Positions 1 through 11,300 of a stretch of 64,000 bases of DNA are shown here, one piece after another; the stretch's first letter is position 1, and the number at the start of each line of letters is the position of its first letter. Location of the stretch: contig CM119266.1 in assembly GCA_051294375.1 (NCBI GenBank), forward strand, positions 1,245,554 through 1,309,553. The letters are read 5' to 3'. A program made the translations under genes and the position numbers. Source of the stretch: Paraspadella gotoi (taxonomy: Eukaryota; Animalia; Chaetognatha). The notes beneath the pieces are model-generated. The model searched no databases. It was not told the DNA's origin and worked only from the letters and a program-made list of their open reading frames with translations.

Positions 1-34
1 CCAGGATACGTGTCTGCCGTGTCGATGAAGTTTC
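1..34 (-). CDS. Internal exon of an aldo-keto reductase (continues off the left edge)
   Basis: Minus strand ...CCTTTCCTAATTAG|GA AAC TTC ATC GAC ACG GCA GAC ACG TAT CCT GG encodes (G)NFIDTADTYPG, the AKR DTAxxY catalytic Asp/Tyr motif. It is preceded by a pyrimidine tract and AG. Upstream exons were not found. Confidence 0.65.
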
Positions 35-168
35 CTAATTAGGAAAGGGGAAAGGTAAGGTGAAGTCACGTGACAAAGCCTTCTTTGTTCGGCACCTATT
101 TCCAAAAGCGCTCTGTTTTTAGTCCTTAATACTCAAACTTAATTTTAACCGTATAATTGAGACTAATA

Positions 169-340
169 TGGCAACCGTAAGAATGTGAATGCTAGGGGTA
201 TCTCACCAACTGGCGTAGGGGCTGCGGACCCTCAGTGACCGCATCCTGTCACTGGCATGTTTCGACCGGCTCCGTCACGTTTAAGCCAGAACCCCATGGC
301 CATATGGCGGGAACGGTTTAGTCAGCCTTGGGTCTTAGCA
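169..340 (+). mobile_element. Truncated copy of the structured TG...CA element family (subfamily 2)
   Basis: Starts TGGCAAC. Contains GGGGTATCTCACCAACTGGCGTAGGGGCTGCGG and GTCACGTTTAAGCCAGAACC shared with the reverse complement of 52821-53041, and GACCCTCAGTGAC...GTCACTGGC shared with the reverse complement of 14554-14806. Confidence 0.65.
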
Positions 341-570
341 GAAATGAGGACTAATTTAAATTGAATGTTCTGCAAAGAAATATTGATATAAATTGAATTC
401 AAAATATAGTATCATAAATGGTAAAAACTTATCTTTAACATTGTTTTCTCATAAATAACATTTAATAACACAGTTCTGCTCAATATGTAAAAGTTAAACG
501 ACAGTACCATTGGGACACACTGTAGATTTTTATTTTGATTATTCGAAATATCGCGAGGTTAGAGCCACAA

Positions 571-572
<2 letters not shown>

Positions 573-617
<45 letters not shown>

Positions 618-740
618 GTTCACTGTGTTAGAGTGTGGACAGAGAGAGGAGAAGAGAGAGAGAGAGAGATTTGTTCACTGTGTTCAGAGTGTGGAACAGA
701 GAGAGAGAGAGAGAGAGAGAATATGTTCACATGTGTTCAG
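573..740. repeat. Compound repeat of (AG)n tracts alternating with TGTTCACTGTGTTCAGAGTGTGGA units
   Basis: Unit seen at ~617, ~672 and ~724. The last copy is interrupted by the MITE and resumes at 1271. Confidence 0.8.
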
Positions 741-1270
741 TAAGGCGTAGTAAAGTTACATACGAAAATTCTAAAAGTCAATTATGAACAACATACCATC
801 CAGTGAACATTAATTTGTAAAAAAATTAATTTTAGTTTTTAATTTTTGCAGTAGGCTATATTTATATAATGTACTATCCTTATAAAATCGAAAAATTTCA
901 AAATAGGTTTGCTTAATTTTATTGCAGATTTGAATTCTTCGTCAAAAGTTGATAAAAGAAAATATAAATCATTTTTAAAAATTCTTTCATTAAGTGGGTT
1001 AAAAATTAAAAAAACTATATTTAATAGTATAAAAAGTTAATTTTCAGCTTAAAATATAACTCTGCAAATGTGCAAAAAAATCTTAGAAAAAACTGTCTTG
1101 AAATTTTAATATTTATTGGTTTAGTACTAGTATAAATATGGCCTACTGCGTAAATTGTAAAATTTATTATAAATTTTTTTATTACATAAATGTTCATTAG
1201 TGTAATGTTGTTCGTTCCTCACTTTTAGAATTTTAATTAAAGTTAAATTTATAAATTTTACTACGCCTTA
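741..1270. mobile_element. Non-autonomous DNA transposon (MITE), hAT-like
   Basis: Ends TAAGGCGTAGTAAA...TTTACTACGCCTTA, extending as a ~130-bp imperfect inverted repeat (GCAGTAGGCTATATTTATA / TATAAATATGGCCTACTGC). Perfect 8-bp TSD GTGTTCAG at 733-740 and 1271-1278. No ORF. Confidence 0.85.
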
Positions 1271-1833
1271 GTGTTCAGAGTGTGGACAAGGGCTTCATAT
1301 ATTGTGGGTCGGGGGTCAAGAAACTTGACTCCTCCTCCTTTTTATTCTAGTTTATTATATATAAACTTCTGAGCTAAACTCCTCTTAGATTAGTCTGATT
1401 AAATAAATGTTTTTTTTCGATAATAAACAGGAAACTAAACTCAAAATGGAAATTGGATATATATTTAAATCTCCGGAGAAAGCAATTCATCGCGCAAATT
1501 AAGACAGTTTTAATAAATAACATTAAATCATCTCTACAGGTTGGCTCGCACATCGTATATCTAAAAGCTTTATATTGAAACTCAAAATCACAATTTGCTA
1601 CTAGGTAACTGTTATAATTTATAACCAAAAAAGGGAACCGAATATGAAAATCGAAAACAAGAAACTAAAAAACTAAGTAACAGGTAGAACACGCCATCCC
1701 AATAGCTATTGCCAAAAAAAAAGAATAAATAATTTATAAAAAGAAAATAAAATTCAAAACATTATCAAAGCTATGTACAACCAAATACGATGCGTCAAGT
1801 GAGAATTTACATTTATTTTTTTCGAAGCGTTGC

Positions 1834-1938
<105 letters not shown>

Positions 1939-2414
1939 ATCAGAGGCGTATGAACAATTATTGCATGTTCGCATTAATTCGACCGTGCGCATTTGATACT
2001 GTTTATTTTGAAATACTGTTGCTGATTTAAATCACACATTCATTTTTTTTGACCGAGAAAAAACTGCGAATCGTCAGGCTGTTTATGTTGTGTTGTTTTT
2101 GCCAAGAAATGTCATTTATTAAAATAAAAGTTTTAACTTTTTTTTCATTTGTAAATTCTCCTTATGCTTTAAAGGAGAAATTTACATCTCGGTCCTTTGT
2201 TATGAACAACATTTTCTTCCCAAAGATCAAATTACGTATTTAACGGCTTTTGTAAAACAAAAAAGTTATTTCGTTAAGCGAGGGTAATTTGCAGTATTTT
2301 TTAAAGAAAAGAAGGGGAATTGTGTCACGGGGTTAATAAGACGATTTCATTTGAAAAATCTTGGAATAAATAAAATAAATAAATAAATAAATAAATAAGG
2401 CGAACAAAAGAACA

Positions 2415-3609
2415 TCACTCGTCAAAGACGATGGCGTTATCGTCTACGATAAAGCAGCTTTCGCTCGGAGCAAAGGCTTCACTGTTGGCGCGACGGTTGT
2501 CGTTGTTGGCGCAGCGATTGCTGTCAGTGGCGCAACGGTTGTCGTCCTGTACGCTACGGTTGGTCTCTGAGACGCATCGGTAGTTTTCGCTTATGGCGCG
2601 GCGTTGAAAATTGGCGTTGTTGGCGTTGTTGTGACGAGGGGACGAAGAAGAGGAAGAGGAAGGGAGGTTGCCGTTGTCGTCGTCGTCATCTTGAGCCGCA
2701 GAGAATTTCATCTGAAGGGTTAAAAACACATTTTACTTACGAAACTCCGATAAATATCTAAGGCAAATTATTTAATATTTATTTATATAAATATTTCATT
2801 TCTTTTTTTAATTATTTTTGCAGCTTGAAAATTAGCCAATCTAATGTTCTAGACAACGTATTACATTTAGTTTAAACTACTGTTTACAATCTGCCAAATT
2901 ATTTTACTGATCACAGCCTTTTGGCATTTTTCTTTGTCCCATCCCTTGTCTTAACCTTTAGTTTTTTCTTTGTCCCATCCCTTGTCTTAACCTTTAGTTT
3001 ATTTCTTTCACCAACCTGATTGGCCGAAAGTTTTAGTTTGATGTCCATCAAATGTTGCATTTGGTTCTGACTCGTTTGAGTCGCGTGAAAAATCCTTTCC
3101 GTCTCGTTTTTGATGCTGCGATCAAACTCCCCTCGCCAAAAACCGATTTCCTGGATTGATTGATTGATTGATTGATAGTCTTATTTAAATCCATAATTGA
3201 TTTCGGCTTAATATAATCGAATCATAGCGGATATAATCTGATTGATTTTTCATTGATGTCTATTTATCCAGAATTGATTTTTATAATTATAGCTGTTAAA
3301 ATAATGAAGAATCAATTAGATTGATTTGATTGATTGATTGATTGATACCTTAATATTCTTGATCCGCTCCTCTTTAAACTCCTCAATCTGCGACCGCAAT
3401 GACTCCGCTTCTCCGTAACTGACGGCGATGAGACCCTTGAGTCGCTCCACTTCCTCTTGCTGCTCCTCTTGCTGCTCCTCCATCCAGCGCAGGAGCGCCG
3501 TCTGAAAAAAAAACCAAATTCGTCAATTTAATTATAAACTAATTTTTAATTATTGATATTAGTGTATCGACGATTGATTGATTTAATTATTTGGTTTTTT
3601 ATTATCTAT

Positions 3610-3640
<31 letters not shown>

Positions 3641-5072
3641 TTCTGATTTTTTAGCTTTATTTTTTTTTTAATTGGCCCTCGATGAATTTTTCATTGACTC
3701 CCATCGCATTGACTTTTGTTATCTCCTTCGTTCGAAAGCGACACCTGTTGTTCGTTTTCTTCTTGAAGACTCGAGTTCTCCCTCAACATTTCCTCTTTTG
3801 CTTTGACGGCGCATTCCGACTTATCGATCAATTCCTGAATGAACAGTTCTTGTTCGCTGTCCCTAATAAAAATCAATAAAATATTTAGTATGTAAAAGCT
3901 ATATCTAAATTTAGATAAAGAAATCGGAATAATTTTAACATTTATTATGAAATAAAACAAGGGGCTAACGATGGAGTGTTCTCGTTTCTAAATTATCTTT
4001 CGCAGTTTTGAGCTGGGTTGTTATTTTAAATCTTGCCAAGGTAAGGAGGTAATTATGTGACTTTTAATCATTTAGCAAAGCATGAGAGGGACTAAGACTA
4101 AAAAGGCATGCAAAGGTGAAAGTGAAATGAAAACTAAAGTCATTGTCGTGTGCAAGTTACTTACCAAGCCCCTTCGATGCTAGGGTACGACAGTAAGTGA
4201 GAAAAAGAGAGCGAGATTGAGAGAGTGAGAGATACATAAAAAGGCAGAGAAAGAACGTTTAAGAAAAAAAAGGAAGAGAGTGAAAAAGATATAAACGAAA
4301 CATACAAAGCAAAAAGAAAAAAAGGAACAAAAAAAAAGAGAACATTTTATTAAAAAATCCAATTAAAATTCCTTTTGCGATTCCCAATTTATCAATTTTT
4401 TTTCTCCCCCCGTATAATCATAAATATACTTATATAATTGAAGTAAAACATTAGGTTCGATAAATTTAATTAAACATGTTTTTAAAACTAACAGATATTT
4501 CTAAAAACTAGATGACCAATGGCCATCTTGCCACACTACCACTCTGTGGTTGAGGTGGTGGAGGTGGTGGGCGTGGCGGTGGTTAATTTACCTCTCCTTC
4601 ATCTTCGTCCTCTGAACCTCCAACTCGTAATTGATGTTCTGGTAGCGTCGTTGCCATTTGTCCACTTCGGCTCTCATGTTTTCCTCTTCTTGCAGTTGCA
4701 ACTGTAAGATAAATAAAAAAAAGAGGTTGTCGTTGTTGTTGTCGTTGTTGTTGTCGTGGTTGTTGTCCTGGAATATACTACAACATTCCTACGTTCACAT
4801 TCTTTCCTCCTATTTTCGTTTACAGTTAATCCGTCAAGAAAAGTAAAAAAAAAAAACAACTTCCCATCTGTTTCCGAATTTCTTTTTAATCGCGGAGAAA
4901 GAATGAAATAAAAGTAAAAAAATAAAAATCACAAAAAGGAAATTCCTCCTATTTAACTTCTTCTCCTCTCCTCCTCCTCCTCTCTCCTCCTCCTCCCTCT
5001 CCTCCTCCCCCGGCCTTCATCACTTCCTATTTCTTTTTCTTTCCTAAAAACAGCAGGTGGAAACGGATCGTC

Positions 5073-5152
<80 letters not shown>

Positions 5153-7206
5153 ACTCCTCCCCTTCTCTCTTCTTTTTCCCCAAATCTTTTTTTTCGCGGA
5201 AAAAAAGTTTTTAGTCAAAATATAAAAAAAAATCTAAATTTCAAGAAAATAAAAAAAAGATTCGATATTAGATTCGAAAAAAAAGACTACATATTAAACT
5301 AAATATTGGTAGAATTTTAGGAAATATTTGATAAGCGTTAAATTCAAAAGACATGATAAATCCGGGTGAAACTTCGTTTTTGCGGTCGACAATCTATCTT
5401 TTTAAAGGAATAATTCAGATATATGATATTGGTAAAACCAAAAAAAAAAATATTCATTCATTTAATAAATAACCTATCTTGTCCCTGACTTTGGACAGGC
5501 TTTGGTGGTTTAAGGCCTCCATCACTCTTACAAGATAATTCAAACGATAGATAAATCAACTAAAAAACAATTTAATTATTGTTGATTGAATAGTACAAAC
5601 CACAAAAACGACGACCCGGTAGGGCATGACAACAACAATAACAACAAAGAGCAAAATCAAGAATTTAAAAAAAAAAAGAAACAAAATTAATCTCAAGAAC
5701 GAAAAAAAGAAAATTAGTTACAACAACAACAACAGCAACATCCATCGAAGAAAAAAACGAAAACAACAGCAGCAGCAGCAGCAGCAAAAGCATCACCGCC
5801 TCCACCAACCCCCTCACCTTCAAGGCGGCAATCTCCTCGTTCTTTTCCTCCCGATTTCGCTCGTACTCTTCCAACTTCTCGATCAGCTCTCCCTGGCGCC
5901 TTTTGTAGGCGTCGAGCATCTCGGCCGACTCCAGGATCTGCATCCTCATCTTGGAGACGATGGAGGGGGAAGAGGAGGAAGAGGGGTCGAGGTGGGGGTG
6001 GGAAGGGGTGGCGAGGTGGGTGGGCGTGGCCTGGATAGTTGGAGATGGGGTTTAGTGGGTGAAATAGTTGGGGGGGCGTCAGTTTTTAATGGGATAAAAT
6101 ATTGATTAAAGTTAAAGTTTATAGTGTGGGGTATATTCACACCGCCTCACGTCGATCACCGTTCAGTCAATCCCATTGGCTCAAAGGGGAACACACCATC
6201 CCAGGCATTGTGTTCCGTCCACCGTCCTAACGACTTCATTCTGCGTTGGCAAAGCGATACCGTCCTAGGGTAACCGCGCCAGGGAATCGAGACGTTACTG
6301 AGGGTCGGAACCCCCCAAAGCCAACAATGAGATGCCCCGTCTCTATGGGTATCACAGGCAACCCGGCTGTAACCATTATAGGTTTATTTATAGATTTCTT
6401 ATTATTAATTTATTTACGTTTTTATTTAAAAGTTAAAATCCAATTCAAAGTTTAATCGTCAAGCAAGTTAGCAAGTAAAGATTCATCTTTCTTGCTATTT
6501 ACGTATATATATATTTTTAAAGGGCGTTCGTATATCTTTTGTTCGAATGTTTTTTTTCGGATTCGTCAGATAAGTCAAGTCTATCATACTATCTATCAAT
6601 AAGACGGATTTATTTAAAAACTTGCCTCGTTTCAAGCTACCCAGCAGTCAGCAGACAAAGTTACAGTTGGCCTGTCACTCCCTTTGTCAATCGGTTGTCT
6701 GTCCGTCTGTTCGATCTCCTGTCAATCCTTTTAAAAGTCCGCTTTTCAGTTTTTCTGTCGCCCGTCTGTCAGAAATGCACTTCAGTCTAATTCAGCCAAC
6801 TGTTAACGCGCTTATCATTTTGCCCTTCAGTCCGCTTGTATCTTGGTCAATCCGCCTGTCCATCACACTTCTCAATCAGTCTGTACATAGGATCACCTTT
6901 CCGCCATTCCGCCTGTTAATCTGCCTGTCAATCCCCTCATCTCTTACCTGCCCCGAGACGCATTCGTTCCTCAAGATCCTAAGTTCGTCCCTCTTATTGT
7001 CGAGCTCTTGCTTTAGCCTCGCGTTCTCTCTCGCCAGAGACTTCATCTCCGCCTTCGTCGAGTCCAGCTGCTGCTGCTGCTGCCGCAACTCGGCCTGCAG
7101 CAGCGTGTAGTGGCCCGTGAGGGTCTCAAGATACTTTCGCGGAGGGACGACGTCTCGAACTTGTGACGTTGCTACCGAGGGGGTGGTTGGGGATTTAGTT
7201 CTGCTT

Positions 7207-7237
<31 letters not shown>

Positions 7238-8289
7238 GTCTCTTCTCTCTGATCCTCTCTCTCTCTCTCTCTCTCTCTCGCTATTCCTAATTTTAAGTTA
7301 TTTAAATCTATTCATTTAAAATCGATTGCATTTTTTTTACATCAATATCATTTGCATATAGCAGTAAAAAGAACTTTATGAATTTTTTTATTAAAAAAGA
7401 CACTTTATGACCCATATGAGAAAAACAAACCGTAATAACATAAAAAAAATTTTCTTATGTAATTATAATCTGTTAGTGAAAGGCAAAAACTATAAATAAA
7501 TGACATCAGTAAAACTATTTCTGAACAACTTCGTAACTAGTGAAAAATATTTTTCTAAAAGAACGCAAGATAAAGGTTTAAGGGAAGGGCTGAAAATGAG
7601 GGAACTTTGGGCTTATGAAAGACACCACTCGGATACATATCCGGCCTTATTTGCAATTTGCCTTTCGGCGTTCAGCATAACTGGTCACGTCTGCGTTCGT
7701 CCTCTAAGCCCGTCTGCTATGATCAGCGTGTCCCTAAATTTTCATAACGAGAAAACCTGAAAGTGTGAGAGCCTAGAGGAGTTTTAAACCTTGAAGATTA
7801 ACATAATACTATTATTCTTAGGTTATAAAAAAGCCTGTAAAAAAATGTATCATGGAAGATATTTAAATATACTAGCATAACAAAGACAATATGATAATCT
7901 CCAAATTGACTGATATTATTCAGTTATTACATTATGTCTCTATACATTTCGGTACATGGAGTGAAACTCATAAGTAAGGAAAAATCAACAACAACAATAA
8001 CATCGGTTATCCTCACCTTTTCAACACTCTCTCACTCACCCGCTAACTCACCTGCTCGCCGTCCAAAGTTTGTTGCAAATCGGATATCTCCGCCTGGAAC
8101 TGTTCCACTCTGGTCCTCAGTTCCAAGTTGACCTGTTGGTAGTTGTCGACGGATTCCGAGATTGCGTCTACGTTGGAGGTCAGGGACAGCAACTGCTCTT
8201 CCTTGTTGCGCAGATGGTTTTTGCAGGTGTCGTTCATTGCTCGCAGATCCGTGATGACCTGAGTCAGGGGGAGAATATATCAATATCAT

Positions 8290-8345
<56 letters not shown>

Positions 8346-11300
8346 CTTGTCCTTGTCCTGACTGTCCCGCTGCGCTGTCTTGATCTGCGCGTTCAATGCG
8401 TCCATCGTCTTTCTAAGCTCCAACATTTCGTCGTTCTTCTTCGTGCACACGTTTTCCAACTCCGCAATGTGGCGCTGCATCTGAGCGTTTTCCTCCACCA
8501 CCTGGAAAAGGGAAGGAAGAAAAAAATGGAGAAAGGAAGGAAGTGAGTGAGGGAGAAAGGTATGTTAAAGAAAGAGACAAAAAAGGAAATTTTAAATTTT
8601 GTAGTAATGAAATAATGACCTCTTAATAAAAGCTTTGTTTTTTCATCCTCTGTCTGAACAAGTCCTCAACCGACAGATCGACAGACTGTTTCCAATTACA
8701 TCTTTATAAAGTTTGACCAAAGACCAACATGATAAAATAAAAGTACTGACAGGCAGACAGACCGAAAGTAAACCCTGACTATCACCTTGAGATGCCTCAC
8801 ATCCTCCTCCCGCCCTCTTTCGCCGATATCCTCGGCGATCTTCTCGTTCTTGTCCATCTCTCTCGCCAGCGCGTCAGCGCATGCGCGCAGCCGCTCCTCC
8901 GCCGCGTCGGCGCGCGCCTTCTGCTCCCGACTCTTTTCTTTGCTGCGGCGCGTCTGCTCTTTCTCCACGGTGAGGTCGTCGTCCAGACGGAGGAGAGCGT
9001 CTTCGAGTTCGACGCGGGCCTTGAAAGAGGATGGGGGGGGGGCGAAAGAAAATATCAATTAATGTTAATCTTTATGAAAAAGGAAATACCGAAATAAGTA
9101 ATCCAACGCTAATAAACTTTTAAAACGGTAACTGATTTCCTGGTCGTGATTCATGAAAATATCAATTTCCCTAGTAAAAAACTGTCCTTTTTTTCAGTTG
9201 ACATTATTTTCAAATAAACGACCCCTTGACAACCTACTCTCACTTCAAAATCACTCACTTTATTCACCACCTATTCTACGAACTTACCTTATTCAAGGCC
9301 TCATTCTCGGCTTCCGCTTTCTCCACCTTCTCCTCCATCAGATTCAACTTATGCTCGCATTCCTCCAAGTCGCGGAGCTTCTCGTCCACATACTCGCGCC
9401 GCTCTCGAGTCTCCGACGCCGCCCGCGCCGACGCCGCCGATGCCGCCGATTCGGAGACGCGGAGGTCAAGCGACTCCGCGCGAAGAGACTCGTTGTCCTG
9501 GAAATTGGTTGAAGGGGGCGAAGAGGATCGTCGAGATTGGTTGTTGTCAAAGTTAAAATGTACTCGACGTTCTTGGTGGTCATCGATGTGGGTAATGCAG
9601 TCATTGGTGTGGCATTATCTGCTATGCATCTTATATTAGTTACTTGGTTTCAAAGCAAGATAGACCCCCCCATACCGCCAGGGCCTTCTCTCTCTCGCCG
9701 GGCTTCCTCTTCCCCCTCTCAACGTCCCCCTCCTCCTCCTCCTCTCATCGCCTCCTCCTCCTCATCCCTGCGGAGTGCATCGGGCTCCCTTTTCTCAAGA
9801 CACTCACGGCGCAAGGGCTACCGAGACCGCGCGATTCCCCTTTCCTCTCTCCCCTTTTACCTTTAACTATATTTTTTGCTGTGACTTTGACCTTTTCACC
9901 AATATATTCCTTACCATACTTACCTCTTTTACCTGATGAGAGGCTTGCCAGAACCAACTTTAGCCAGTTACCCCATCTTCAGAGTGGCGCCCAATCAGGC
10001 CTCTCCTCGAGGTTAACCTACCCCAGGATTAAGAGTCCCGTGCTACCGACTTGAGTTAACCGGCACTTAACCCACCCAACCCACCCGGAGGCGTCCAAAT
10101 TTCCTCTCTTTTCTTTTCTAACCTAACCTCATCTCATTTTTTCTCTCATCCTAACCTTTTCTCTTATCCTCGTCGCGCAAAAATTTTTTACGTTATAAAT
10201 TTTACAAATCTTTCATTATATTGTTATCGATGTTATTATCATGTTATTCTTGTCTGTTGCAACCGTCTTCAATTTCATTTTCGTTATAAAAAAGCAAGAG
10301 ATTAATTTTTTTTTATAAAAAAGTCACATATATTTCTTAGCAAATTAATTTTTTTAAAAAATTTACAAAAAAACTTTCTTGTCAATAAATTTTTAAACTC
10401 ATTTACATATTACAGTAAAATGATCTTAGCCCATAAATCAGAAATCAGAGTCGGTAAAACATCGATAATTTAAAATCGAGACAATCAAAGTATTTTAAAA
10501 AGTCTTTGTCATCATAAAAACCGAAATGGTAATAGACCCTTTGGTCCTATAATTGGATTCGGATCATTTATTGCAACTTTAAAAAACCGAAAAATCTATA
10601 GTAACCAAAAAAGAACGCATTTAAAGAAAAACTTTTATCCAAGAGAGCAGGGAACTTGGGGTCTAAGATAGACATTACTCAATACCACCGTCGCCCTACG
10701 TATCTTCTTCGGGATCAAGGCAAGTCCTGAGCGTGTCCTCTAGACCCCTCTGAATCCGTACAAGGTCCTGAGCTTGCCCTTTAAGTGCATCGCCCGATAA
10801 ATTCAGAATGTCCTTACCTTTTCACCACAGGTGAGTGAAGCCCTGAGAACTCTTATAACAGGACATGACCTTTATCTTAACACATACATCCGAAATCATT
10901 TACTTAGCTATTACAATTTGTGAGCGTTTATTATTTTTCATTTTCTCTCACCTGTTGAACTTCGGCTAATAGTCTCTTCAACTCCTCGATCTTTCCCCTC
11001 GCCTCTTCCTCTCTCTCCTTTGCCTCCTCCCTCTCTCTCTCCATCCTTTTCCTCGTCTCTTCCCTCTCTCTCCTCGCCTCTTCTTCTCCTCGTCTGGCCG
11101 CGCGCAGCTCATCTTCGGTCGCTTCCAGCTGCGTCTGAAAATGATACAATTCTTTTTACATTTTTGGGGATTCTACTATAGGTAAGTATATAATTATATA
11201 TGACAAGATGAACAGAAGACATCCCTAAGATATCCTTCAATGTTGTACCTTTTATCGAGTCGCTAATCAAGACTAATCAATCAACGGTCAGATTTTCAAG

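Noticed and set aside
6125-6375. 7SL/SRP RNA, 7SK or tRNA-derived SINE identity for the structured element
   Set aside because: No SRP helix-8 or Alu motifs, no A/B boxes and no tail. The ends and TSD fit integrase-type insertion.
9933-9960. CTGATGAG...GAAC hammerhead-like core
   Set aside because: Lacks C-GAAA and stems I and III.
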